Made by a program: the position numbers and the translations under genes. Below, one piece after another: positions 41,705-54,852 of a stretch of DNA of 64,000 nucleotides. The number at the start of each line of letters is the position of its first letter. Position 1 is the first letter of the stretch. The notes beneath the pieces are model-generated. The model was not told the DNA's origin, did no database searches, and saw only the letters and a program-made list of their open reading frames with translations. Source of the DNA: Octopus vulgaris (Eukaryota); the NCBI GenBank assembly GCA_951406725.2, contig OX597817.1, forward strand, positions 12,524,001-12,588,000, in the 5' to 3' direction.

Positions 41705-42702
41705 CAAAGAATTGGAGCCGTATAATTCTTCTTGCTTCGCCAAGGTGTTGGGCAAGTTTAAAATGATTTAATGTATCCAAATATGGTAATTTGTCTGTTC
41801 CCTTTTCAATCTTCATGGACACTACTAACCCCTATGAGAAACACTGAATTAGGCAAAACGGGAGGGTCAAGAGGTCACTATTGTTGAGCTGTGTTTAGAG
41901 CATCGATTGGCCTTAATCCGATCCTATGTGCAGTACACTTAATTATACACATTTCATTTTCTCTTTATTTAATATTGTCTAGCTTACTTAGATATAAGAT
42001 TTAGACAATATGCACCCCCAACCTCATTTTAGATTTTCATTTTGTATTAGTTACTGATTATTAACTAGCTTAATTGCCAATAAACTGGAAAATTAACCCG
42101 GCTATCCGGAATATTGAAATATTAGCAGTTTGTGCATCATAGAGTATTGTTGAATACTCGTCTTGAAACAGAATCTCTTGTAGACGTATAATGTTAAAAA
42201 AACACCGAAATATATCAGTAGCAGACAAAAATCGTCCAGTAGCGGTCACCATTTATAAGAGAAACTATCTCAAGACAAATACTGCAGTATTCTAGGCTGT
42301 CAGCACTGTATATACTTTAAGTATGATACATAGATTGATATTTTGAACTTATATTGTTTCTGTCGCTCATAGCGAATTAAAATATTGCCTTCTGAAAATA
42401 TTAGCTGAGATAAACTAGTGCCCTATCCTGTAGAAGGGGTTTATCTTTCACAATCGAGTGCCCTATCGTGTGAAATGAGTTTAACTTTCATCAAATCATT
42501 GCAATGAAACCAGAACAATTAAAGCACATACCCTTACGGAACTGTAAGGATTTTTTGAAGACATATTTCACACTTACAAAGATGACTATTTAAGAAAAAT
42601 AATAGTTTTGTACCACTTTCTCATAGTACTTTTCCTACTGGAGGTATTTTGTTTTAAAGATTCTTATTTTCATATTTCCATATTTTCTTTTTTTTTTTTC
42701 AG

Positions 42703-42944
42703 GATTCTTACCTTCTCCGTTTCTCTTCGCATATCTTGTGGACAGTACCTGTATCCAATGGAATCGTCAACACTGTGGAGAAAAAGGTTCTTGTTATTTA
42801 TATAACTTACAGGAATTCCATGTAAAATATTTTTCACTTCAAAGTGTTTTAAGCATGTTGTGCTTCATATTTTTATTAGTTGCTGCCTGTTTTGGACTAA
42901 ACTCAGAGAAATATTTACCGAAAGAAACAAAAATAACAGATTAA
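42703..42944 (+). CDS. OATP/SLCO last coding exon (TM11 end, ECL6, TM12, stop)
   Basis: Long polypyrimidine tract plus cag. Translates GFLPSPFLFAYLVDSTCIQWNRQHCGEKGSCYLYNLQEFHVKYFSL...ITD*, the OATP P.P..F...D.TC..W...CG..GSC..Y motif. Confidence 0.94.
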
Positions 42945-43200
42945 TATACCGATGTTGTTGATGACTTTTACCAAAATTAGAGCACTAATGTGAGACGTTT
43001 TATTTTGTCCTTATCTAGCTTACTTACATAGAAAATTAAAACAATATGCCCTCCGGTTTTAGATTATCATTTTGTATCAGTTACCGATTATTAACTAGGC
43101 TAATCGCAACTAAAATGGAAAATTAAGATGATTTTTTTCAACAAAGAAACCAACAAAGTCAACAAGGTCTCTCAGCATATTGCTCACCAAAGATTAATTA

Positions 43201-43392
43201 CTTTATTTTCCGGCATACAAGTCGAATTTTACATACCAAAATTTACTACCAAAAACGATAAGTTGACTTATAAACCAAGACGACTTTGAGGAACAAAAAT
43301 TCCATGTGAAATACTGCCGGACTTAACAGATAGTGACGATGATTGAATGTTTACACAATATACTACGTCGACTTGTACGCCGGCAAATACGG
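43201..43392. mobile_element. Old Tc1/mariner-type MITE in the presumed SLCO 3' UTR
   Basis: Imperfect TIR ctttattttccggcatacaagtcga / tcgacttgtacgccggcaaatacgg. Confidence 0.65.
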
Positions 43393-43475
43393 TTTTAGTA
43401 TGGAAAGTTGAAACGAAAAATTTCTCCTTTCCATTAACTTAATTTACACTCCAATTTATTTTGCTGTATATCCAA

Positions 43476-43545
43476 AATAAAATGAATTTAATTTTTATTC
43501 ATCAAAAATGATTTGAAACGATTAACAAAATAAAAATAAAATAAA
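43476..43545 (+). terminator. Candidate polyadenylation signals of the SLCO transcript
   Basis: AATAAA at 43476 and further AATAAA copies near 43529-43545, about 530-600 nt after the stop. The region is A-rich, so specificity is low. Confidence 0.35.
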
Positions 43546-44260
43546 AAAAACAATGTACAATTAAATCTCAGAATGAGATTGAAACAGTAATCGCTCGATA
43601 ATGTAAAGTATAGAAGCCATCTTATCATGACTAACCACATTGGGGAGGGGGTGTTACTGTAGCTTTATAGCCCCAAGAGATCGTCGTCTCTCTAGCTGGC
43701 TTTAGACACAATATCAGTGCCCTTGGAGTATTTGCAAAGGGAGGCCATCCCTTCCTCGCAAGCCTGGACTAAAAAAACAATGATAATTGCAATAATCAGT
43801 TTTTTCATTGGCAAAAGGCCACAAATTGAAGAGGAAGAATGGTCGAATAAATCGACCGGGGTACTTCAATTTATAGAGCCCGGAAGCATGAACAGCGAGG
43901 ATGACCTTGGGGAAAATTGAATTCAGAACGTAAAGTTGTAACTAAATAACACAAGGTATTTTGACTGACCCTTTAAAGATGCTACCAATCCACCTATCTC
44001 CCTGATTTCAGATGTAAGTCGACTTGGCTGGGTACTTTATTACTCATTACTCTCTTTTTACTCTTTTACTTGTTTCAGTCATTTGACTGCGGCCATGCTG
44101 GAGCACCGCCTTTAGTCGAGCAAATCGACCCCGAGACTTATTCTTTTGTAAGCCCAGTACTTATTCTATCGTTCTCTTTTGCCGAACCGCTAAGTGACGG
44201 GGACGTAAACACACCAGCATCGATTGTCAAGTAATGCTAGGGGCACAAACACACACACAC

Positions 44261-44297
<37 letters not shown>

Positions 44298-45127
44298 CAT
44301 ATATACGACAGGCTTCTTTCAGTTTCCGTCTACCAATTCCACTCACAAGGCATTGGTCGGCCCGGGGCTATAGCAGAAGACACTTGCCCAAGATGCCACG
44401 CAGTGGGACTGAACCCGGAACCATGTGGTTGGTAAGCAAGCTACTTACCACACAGCCAAATTTAGTGATCCCGGGGGAATTGAATGGTAAAGTTGACATT
44501 GGTATTACTGGAAGACAGAACGTAAAGGATCGTAACTGAATATCGCAAAACATTTTTTTCCGACGATCTAACAATTCTACCAATCTACAAAAGCCTAATT
44601 AGGTCAGTAATTGTAACAATAAGCTTTATGATTGGTGATTGTAATTCATCTCTTAATCATCTCCAATATAGAATTTTCTAGACGATGAAATAAACGAAGA
44701 ACGACTTCGACGATGGTAGTGGTGGTGGTGATGGTGGTGGTGAAATTTTGCTTAGGCACTGACCAACTATACTCATGGAGCAAATATTCTGCCATAGTAG
44801 TAAATATGCTGCACTCTTTTCTTGATATATATAGTCAGTCGACATACCGGATAGTTACTAATTTCCGGTTGCAGCTATCCTTGCCTTGGAGTTAAGTGTA
44901 CGGAACAATTTACTTGATTAAATGATTAGATGCACCAGGAAACTACTACTAAATACGAAAGACTGGCTGCAACCTTGAAGTTAATGTTGGCAAATTGCAT
45001 ATAGGAAAAACTGCGGAAGATTACTTACTGACAATGACAGAGAGAAGTTTTATCCGATATGGAATTACATAAGTATATTAGTAAAACATTAAGGGAATTT
45101 TCTGCGTGAAGCGAGAGAGATTGGGGA

Positions 45128-45171
<44 letters not shown>

Positions 45172-46077
45172 GTATGTAGGTAGGTAGGTAGGTATGTATG
45201 TATGTATGTATGTATGCACGTATATATACAGATAAATAAAGAGAGAGGGAGAGAGAGAGAGGTGAAGCTGATGAACTCACGATATATATATATATATATA
45301 TAAATAAATTAAAAGGGGGGGCTTAGTAGCAATGAGAACCTAAAGGCGAAATTAATTTTGCCTATATATGTATATATATCCAAGAACCCAAGCTCGGGAT
45401 CAAACAAGTGATTCGGTTGTAACATTTTTTTATGAGATGAATTACATAATTTCTATAGGTGCTTCACTAGCGTGTACCAGTATTCTGTACGGGTAATTGT
45501 TAAAATACATAGACACTCTACAGGTCGCGAGTTACAGAACTACGCCCCAATACTACTAACATCTATTTGAACTATATCCGATATTAAGATTATAACTTCC
45601 TGAAATAATATTCCAACTAAATATTATTAAATCATCAGTGAAGTTAAACCAGACTCCATTTGTTGACAATCCTTATACAAACATACATACATACATACAT
45701 ACATACATACATACATACATACATACATACATACATACATAGTGCAATTTAAACTGGGATTGCATGAATACTATCCAATACTTACAACTATAAATATTAC
45801 TAAATCATCAATGAATTTAAATTAGACTCCACCTATTGACAATCCTTATACAAATATACATACATACATACATACATACATACATACATACAAACATACA
45901 CACATACATACATGCATACATACATGCATACCTACATACATACGTACAGGCATGGATGCATGCATACATACATACATACATACATACATACATACATACA
46001 TACATACATACATACATACATACATACATACATACATACATACATACATACGTACATACATATATACATGCATACAT

Positions 46078-46735
46078 GATGGCTGCCCCCTCGTTATCGA
46101 GTATGGCCATTGCACGAAGCTTAACTGTTATTGGTGCTGTGATCGAATGTGACTTTTATTTGCTTTTTAAGGCTACAGCCAGCCATTCAGTTGAGACTCA
46201 CAGCATCATCAACAATCATGAACAACGTTGTTATCGTGCAATGCCTGTGCAAGAATATTTTTTTAAAGTGAGGAAAGGCTGTGCACTGAGTCAATACCAC
46301 TCACTAAGTAACAGCAGCCATAATCCGAAAAGAAGAACAAGTCAACATCATCGGTAACTACTGAGCCGCAGGTCTTATGTCGGAGTTATCCCAGTTACCT
46401 GAGTTAACTTCTCATAGAAGGATGCCCTAACAAAGGCTAGGAGTCCTTCACTCCCAAATGTTTAACCGCGCGATCGGGTATTCAGTCCGGTTATTTCTAT
46501 GTCCCCGCGCATGATACAGCCTTAAGCCTTAAGAGAAAAAAAATACACATTTAACGGATGACCGTTGACTCTCAAGAGTTCCTCCGCCCTTTGACGGGTT
46601 TTGTTTTTCATCCCGCAGGGTGTCCAATAATCACCTTCCTCACCAAGCAAGCTTGGTGGGGTTGCCGGTTTAGTCGCCGACGGCCCGAGCATGCAACAGG
46701 TTGTACTGGATTACATGTTACCAGTAGCACCTGTA
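46078..46735 (-). mobile_element. Putative non-autonomous RTE-derived element inserted in (CATA)n
   Basis: The minus-strand 5' part (ggcgactaaaccgg...gtcaaagggcggaggaac) and 3' end (tcgataacgagggggcagccatc + (atgt)n) resemble RTE UTRs from memory; no ORF. Confidence 0.5.
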
Positions 46736-47661
46736 GCACTCGGAAGTATGTACATACATACACACATAGTGTGACTTAAATTGGAATTGGATGACATAGT
46801 TAATACGTATACTTAAGATATTTTATGAACAAATTATCCTGTTTGTATTTCTCTCTTTCTCTTTCTATCTCTCTCCTCTATATATACTTAAATGTGTGTG
46901 TGTGTGTGCGTGTGTGTGAATGTGTGCGTATGCATGTACGTATGTGTGTCGGTATGTGAGAGTAGGGATGTGCATGTAATGACTGTGTGTGCATGAATGT
47001 GTATGTAAGTATGTGTGTGCATGTGTGTAGTGAAATTTTGAAAGCTTGGTCAGACGGAGAAGAAAAAGAAAAGTAAAGGAATACTTTCCTGTCCTTCTTT
47101 CTGCCTTCCTGTCTTTCTTTCATTTTTCCCGTTTTCTTCCTCTAACCAAGCCTCCAAAAATTCGCCACATACGCATACGTTCACACAAGCATGCACAGAG
47201 AAAGAGAGAAAGAGATACTTTCTGAACAATAGCTTAAACAAAATTGATATTTTGAATTGTCATTAACTTTAACGACTGTGTAGCAACTGATCATAAGAAT
47301 AAAATACAAATTCTACCATCCCAGAAAAAAACCCTTTTCTCTCTTACTTTCTGTCTTTTTTTTCTCTTTCGCTCTTTCTTTGCTACCCTTCTTTCTGTCT
47401 TCCTGTCTTTCTTTCTGCTTTTCTCTCTTTCTCCCATTTTTTCTTTTTTTCTTCTCTCTCCAACCAAACTTCCAAAAATTAACCATACACATACTTACAC
47501 ACACGTGGATGCACATACATACATACATACATACATACATACATACATACACACATGGATGCACATATATATAGATAGACAGATTACAAAAGGAACATTC
47601 TTTTCCTCATTCAACTCCTATTCTTCAGCCCGCACGCACAGACACACTCACACACACACAC

Positions 47662-48696
47662 CGTGGGGGTACGGGGTAGAGATAATTTTTATGGTGAATC
47701 AAAAGATTACGAAGGTATACCAGAAACATTGGAGCTACCCAATGAGGACAAACTAGATGCAATGTTAGAGGGGAGACCTCCGATGTGTCACAAGTATGAT
47801 GAGAAGGGGCACATTAGAAGAAGGTGTCCACAAAAACGATGGAAACCACAGAAATAGAAATACAAGAAGGCGTAATGGAAGTGGAGTGGAGGACTCAGGA
47901 AGTGGAACAGAACACAGTTTATGGAGGCCAAAACAAGGAAGAGAGAGAGGGGAGGAGTTCACCACCTAAAAGGGACCAACAACAGAAGAAACATGAAGTA
48001 CAGGAGGAAGTGGACCAAACAACAACGACAAGTAGAAGCAGTACGCACTTGGGGTCACCGAAGAAAAATGCCACAAGCAGAAGAGCAACACCAAGCAAAC
48101 ATACAGACTTACAATCACACAAACATACAGATTCACAGACACAAAAACACACAGACATACTGACTCATAGAAATATAGACAGACAGACACATGATAACAC
48201 AGAGTTACGGAAACATAAAAGCATAGATACACAGACACAACACACAGACACACAAGACGTACACAGAAACAAACGTTTTTAGTGACATATCATACGACCC
48301 AAAAACTGGAGAGGAAAATAACGAAAATGAAAGGGATTATTAGGGTGAATCTTTCAGAGGGATATGATAGGGATATAAGATGTATTCTGATGGAGGAAGG
48401 AAAATATAGAACTCTGAAAGAAGCTTTTCTTTCAGATGTAAATCTACTGAAGCCCGAGGTGAGTATTGAACCCAGCGCCCTAGTGGTGAATGACATAAAA
48501 TGGGAAGAACTGTTAAAGACTCTTTGTTTGAAATAATTGAAACCATGTAATCATCCCGGAGCGGGGCCGGGGTGACGATTTCACCTTCATTTCACCTTCA
48601 TTGTAAAATTTCATTTTATTCATTTTTCATGTATTAATTGTCCCCGCATGTATGTTTGTCCCCTCTATGTCAGCCCCTTGTGGGCAATAAAAAAAT
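47662..48696 (+). mobile_element. Decayed ORF1-only Tx1/L1-like element (HAL1-like) with 3' tail
   Basis: WGYGVEIIF...IPETLEL...LEGRPPMCHKYDEKGHIRRRC is a degenerate zinc knuckle similar to the adjacent LINE ORF1. It is followed by a ~150-nt UTR ending aataaaaaaa with no ORF2 in between. Confidence 0.65.
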
Positions 48697-51600
48697 CCCC
48701 TTATTCTTACTGCAAGTCTCTTGTCGTTTGAACGTTTTGCCAGTGTTTCCTGTGTCATTTGTTGAATTGTATTGTTGTGGTGAGATGAGGTTGTTTTGCG
48801 GTTGTTTTTGTTTAAAAAACTGTTTATTGCTTCGTTGAAGCAGATTGTTTTCAATTCCACCCTGTGGGGGAATTATTATTGAACTGTAAGTCTTTGAGCT
48901 AATTCTGTGGGGCGTAAGCCCAAATTCTTCTGTGTTTGGCAATTTGCCGTAAATTGTGTAAAAACAACATCATGGAGTCACCATTGAGTTCAGTGGAGTC
49001 GCCGGGTCGACTAATTATTGATATGCCTGTTTTTGTAACAGGTGAAGAGAAAAAAATCACCGGCGGTGACGCCAAAAAAGTTAAACTTTGCCGAGGCAGC
49101 ATGAAAGGAGAGAAACATTAACACGGAGAAAAGTAACTTTAAAAAGTTTATGTCTATATTAAAAAAGGAGGGGACGGAAATACAAGTAGCTCCTCCAACA
49201 GAAACAACCGAGCAAGCAAATAGAAAAAGAATTATCTACAAAACTTACAACGTCGAGAAGAAACGAATAGATAAAACTGAGGAAAATTTTATTGAAAAAT
49301 GCCTCAAGCCGATATGGTCGGATATAACATACATGACTAGAGGCAAACGATTTGGAACGGTCGAGGTGAGGTTTATATCAGAGGAGGTGGCCAAGCGGCA
49401 CTCTTCAGAAACTTTGAGAACCGAGGAGGTGGTTATTCTTCCCATATATATGGGAAGAAGAACATCGAAAATAAAAATTACTAATATTCCTCCGGGAGTA
49501 GATGCTGCTTGGCTATTGGCGGCGATAATAATGGACCATTTTCCAGGCCACAGTAGTGGAGGAAGTGAATTGGAGGGGACAATTCGAAAACAGGTATATC
49601 AATAATTAGTCAACCCGGCGACTCCACTGAACTCAATGGTGACTCCATGATGCTGTTTTTACACAATTTACGGCAAATGCTTGAACATGTTAATTCAAGC
49701 AGAAGTCTCCACGCTGGAAGAAATTCCAGAAATAATAAACATCGGAGAGGAGAGGCTTATTGTCTTCGTGGAATGCAGGAAGCCTAAATGCTTTAACTGC
49801 GGGTTAAAGGGCCATATAAGTTCCGAATGCAAACCCGCAAAAAAGGGCAGGAAGAAAAGGTAAGAGAAGAAACAACAGTGGAAGCATCACCTACATCAGC
49901 AGAGATGACACCAACACCATCAAAACAAGAGGAAGATAGCGACGATAAAGAAAAAGAGAAGGGGTGGTCGACTGTTTTTAAAAAAAAGAAGAAGAAAGGA
50001 AACACAGACTGCCCTTACCAAACTGAAAAACAAAAGGATAAAAACGAAAAAGAAAAAGATGGTGCCCCAGCATGGCCACAGCTCATTAGCTGAAACTGGA
50101 AAAATCAAAATCAAAAAAATATGGCCTTTAAGGTATCGAACAACAGACTGATTAACCGTTAGGCAGCTAATTCATCTACCAAACTGGTAGAAAAAACTTC
50201 ATCAAAAGACTTTCTTATTTACAGGATAGGCCGGAAGGATTACAGACGGATTAAGTCTGAATTTTTTCATGACGTGGGTCCTCTTAGGATGGTCTATTCT
50301 ACATACATTTACAAGGGTCTATGTAAAAAGAAAACCCACGAGCCCGAGAGAAAGAAAAAGAGGAGGAAGGTGAATCCTCCTCGAACCACTGACGCGGGGT
50401 AAGTCATGTTTAGCATTCATGAAGGTTGTATAAATGTGCGTGGCTTGGTGTCAAGCTGGAAGCAAGGTCGCTTCCTTAATGAGATCAGGTCACGTAATTT
50501 GGATGTTATTGTTGCTACAGAAACCCGGTTAAGAGGGCCAAGAGATCTGTCCCCCCTGTTGGATGGTTACGAGCTGTCCTTTTAGCGGAATCAGGGTATT
50601 GGTCCTATTTAAAAGAAACCGGTCAATGACTTGACGTTCAGTCGTGGTAAGATTATCAGACTTGTTGCAATTTATGCACTCACGACAACTGGGCAAAGTG
50701 ATTATTTTCGGAATCTGGAGAAGTTTCTTGGTACATCACATTCTTTAGTTGTGCTAGGAGACTATAACACAATCTGCGACGCACGCATAGACTATGTTGG
50801 CTCGTGTACAGATAGAAAAGTTAATCCTTGCTTCCAGGAACTGCTAAGCCGCTTTGAGCTGGTTGGAATTTCCGAATGCTCCATTGTGGACATGGTTAAG
50901 CAGCGACGGTTCTTCCAGGTCGTACTTAGAGTGTTAATTAGAAAAGCAGATAGAAATATAGCTAAGTGTCCACAGTTTCACTCGGTCAGCTACAGTGATC
51001 ATAAAATGGTCACCTGTAAGCTTGACATAGATAAGCTATATAATAGAGATCCCGGCAACTAGAAATTTAATAGGTTCCTTTAGGCGATTAAGGCGTACAG
51101 AGACCGGATTAAGTTGTTGATTCAGAGGGCATTACCGATTCCATTATTAATAATAAATGGTGGTATGCCCTCAAGCGAGCCATTAAATTTGAGTCTATTA
51201 GACATAGCATAGGTTTAGTGGCTAGAGAGGCTAGGAGGGAATCAGCTTTAGTTAAGGACTTAGAGCAAGCCATGTTAACTGGCTCTGCGGCTCAGGTGAA
51301 GGCCAAGAGACTGGCGTTAAACCAGCACCACGAAGCCAAACAAATGGGTTGCATTGTCAGGGATGGGCTTCATGCAGTGGATTGTGAGGAATTCAAGGCC
51401 TCGGGATGGGTCCGAGTGGTGGAAGCTCTAGGTGGTGATAATGTCACAATCCGATCTTTGACGAACCAATGAGGTAGGTTGATAGACGAACCCGAGGTGA
51501 TGTGTGAGGCTTTCAGGAGCACTTCACCCAGCTTTTCGTAGGGAGCGGCGGACCGGATAGTAGGAGGGACTTAACGGGCTTCCTCGCCGGGCTGCCGCGT

Positions 51601-52388
51601 CTCTCGGGGCGGGACGCGGAGTGCTGTGAAGGGCTGATCACGCCGAGGAGGTAATTGAGGCTATGGCAGACTGCGGCGCGGGTAAGGCGCCAGGACTGGA
51701 TGGTCTACCCTATGAGTTGTATAAGAGTATGCCAGATTTTTTCGGGCACCTGCAGGCGAATGTCTACGCGAACTGGCAGCAGAACGAGTTTATTTCCAGA
51801 TCTGTGCGCCGGGGAGTGATGACGCTTGTCAGAAAACTACCGGACAAGAGGGATTCCGTTGATAATCTTCAGCCCATCACTCTGCTAAACGCAGAGTTAA
51901 AGATTTTGGCCAAAGGATTGTCGAAAAGATTGGTGCGTGTCGCGGATGGTTTGATCGGGGAGGCACAGACATATGCCGTTCCCAGCAGAACCGTCCAGAA
52001 TAATCTCCATCTTATACGGTACACTTTAGAGGGATTTAATAGTGATTCTGGCAAGGGTGGGACACTGGTCCATTTAGACCAATCAAAGGCTTTTGATAGG
52101 GCTAACCATCGGTACCTGGTGTCCGTTCAGGCGCAGTTCGGCCTGGGTCATGACTTCCTCAGGTACATCATTCAGATTCATGACAACGTCGACTCGGTAA
52201 TTCGGGTGAACGCTTTCTTATCGAAGCTTTTCAACATCAAACGCTCGGTTCGTCAAGGGTATCCGCTCTCCCCGCTTTTGTATGTAATGGCTCTTGAGCC
52301 ATTACTGCGAAAATTGAGCGGCATCCCGAGACAGCCAGGTTGTGGAAAGTCAGTTTCAGCTTACGCGGATGACATCACCATCATCTAA
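48697..52388 (+). mobile_element. Decayed Tx1/L1-clade LINE (5' UTR, ORF1, APE and RT; 3' truncated)
   Basis: ORF1 from ATG 48972 with CFNCGLKGHISSEC knuckle. ORF2 from about 50406 with INVRGL, VVLGDYN and SDH (APE), then KAPGLDG, PITLLNAELKILAK, LDQSKAFDR, VRQGYPLSPLLY and SAYADD (RT). Many stops and frameshifts. Confidence 0.92.
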
Positions 52389-52998
52389 CCGAAATGGATC
52401 ACCTACAAAGGTTCTCTATAAAAATGTCAAGCACCGAAGACAGTGGGTAGGGAAAGGAGAAACACCGGCAACCTAGGCTAAAGAAGTTCTTCACCCACGT
52501 AAGGTGTTGTTATCTGTTTGATGGGATATGAAAGGTTTAGTCTACTTTGAACTTTTAAACCCAAACCAAATGATAACATCTTCAAACCAAATATGGTTTG
52601 AAGACGAAAGGTGTTTTTCCATCAGGATAATCCTCAACCACATACAGTGAGTATGACATTCTAAAGGCTGGAGCAGTTTGAATGGGAAACGATGCCCCAT
52701 CCACCATATTCGCCGGACATTGCCCCATCTGATTATCATTTATTCTGCAGTCTTCAAAATCATTTGGACGGAAAAAATATGAATTGTGTAGGCGAGGTCA
52801 GAACAGTACTGGATGAGTATGTTCCGTCACGGACAAGTAAATTTTGGAAGAGGGACCTTGCAAGTCTACCAGACAGGTGGAAGAACATTGTAGGAAATGA
52901 AGGAGAATATATTTTAGATTAAAAAAGAACTTTGTTTATCTTAATTTTGAAAAATAAAAGAAGTGTAAAAAAAACTCATTATTTATGGGATGACCCAA
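52389..52998 (+). pseudogene. mariner (DD34D) transposase C-terminal remnant plus right TIR
   Basis: LHPRKVLLSV*WDMKGLVYFELL, FHQDNP.PH and HPPYSPDIAPSDYHLF; terminus ttatttatgggatgacccaa|TA. Confidence 0.9.
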
Positions 52999-53182
52999 TA
53001 TTTGTCTTGTTTGTTTGCTGATGTCGGTCGATGAGACACAAGTTAATTATAATATAGTGAGAATTCTGCAGTCTGTTTTACATAAAACATGCACAGACGT
53101 GAGAATGCCAAGGGTTAACCAGCAAAATCTTTAACGTTTAATATCGATTTCTAACACTGACAAAAGTTAGCATTTGAATGAC

Positions 53183-53401
53183 AATATTTATCCCCACTTA
53201 AATGTGGGTGTTCTGTTAGAATTTTACTGCAGTAGATATCATGAGAAAAACTCTCATATTAGCTTTCGGTACAAAATGCATTCTTGTTTAAAACAAGAGT
53301 ACATTTTGCCCCAAAATCCAAAGTGAAAGTTTTTCTCGTGGTAACCACCGCAGTATAGTTTGTTCTAACAGAACACCCACGTTTAAGTGAGAATAAATAT
53401 T
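53183..53401. mobile_element. Small MITE / inverted repeat
   Basis: About 39-bp imperfect IR aatatttatccccacttaaatgtgggtgttctgttagaa / ttctaacagaacacccacgtttaagtgagaataaatatt. Confidence 0.7.
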
Positions 53402-54382
53402 ACCTCTCGGTATTAATAGTTTCTTCGTTGCTAATATACTCAACTGAATTGACTTCAGTACTTGACTGGCACTTTAGGTTACCAACCACGGAATAATGAA
53501 AGGCAAAGGTGATCTAGGCAGGATTTTAACTCAAAACTTAATGAATTCGATGCTTTGACCATTATGCTGATCAAGTATCCTTTCCATTTTGTTTGCTGTT
53601 CTAGATTCCGCCAATACCCCCACCACTCAATATTGATTAAGAAACCTCATTCATTTTCTATCAAATATGAATAAATCTTTTCGTGGCATTGTTCTAGTTG
53701 TTATCTCTAACTTTTTACACATGACAGCATCCTCTTCTAGTCGTCTTCCCAGTGACAGAGCTTATCTCTTTCTGTTTCGATATGGTAGAATACCTGCAGT
53801 AACACTTTAGCAGCCTGAAAGGTGCTAATCTGTGATTTCTATACTATTTTACCTCGTGAGACAATCGTATCAATCATTTTCATTGGCTCATTGGTTTATA
53901 TTAATAGTTTGTTTTTTTTGCAAGTAAGAACACCAACAAATTCAACCCAACTTCTTTACATAAAGATATTTTATTTTCATCATGTCTGTTCAGCTTATCT
54001 GAAACTTAGCGGTTGTAACGCTTAATATTTGTTACTTTTTATGTAAAGATAACAGTAACTATCTAACATTTGTAGACTTTCTGAGAGTAGTGAGGTTGAC
54101 TCAGATTGATTGATGTATTAGGAAAATATGAACAGCGTTATAATTCTAGATAAGGACTGAGAAAAGTGTTGCGTGCAGAAGTGTGGGATGGCGAAGCACA
54201 GCAGGAATGAAGTAGAGGTTGATGCATCGGTTAGAATTTAAAGAAAGAGATACGCAGCCAGCTACTTCAGGAGACCAGAAAGTGCTATTATACATGATAC
54301 AGAAGGACGAAGCAAAACATCGACGTTGAATGTGTGTTGGTGAGAATATATTTAAGGATCAGTCGGCGAGATTTTCTTAAAA

Positions 54383-54852
<470 letters not shown>

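Noticed and set aside
45595-45645. CTGATGA followed by a hairpin on the minus strand (isolated CTGATGA also near 22548, 24391 and 45268)
   Set aside because: No correctly placed GAAA, stem III or stem I.
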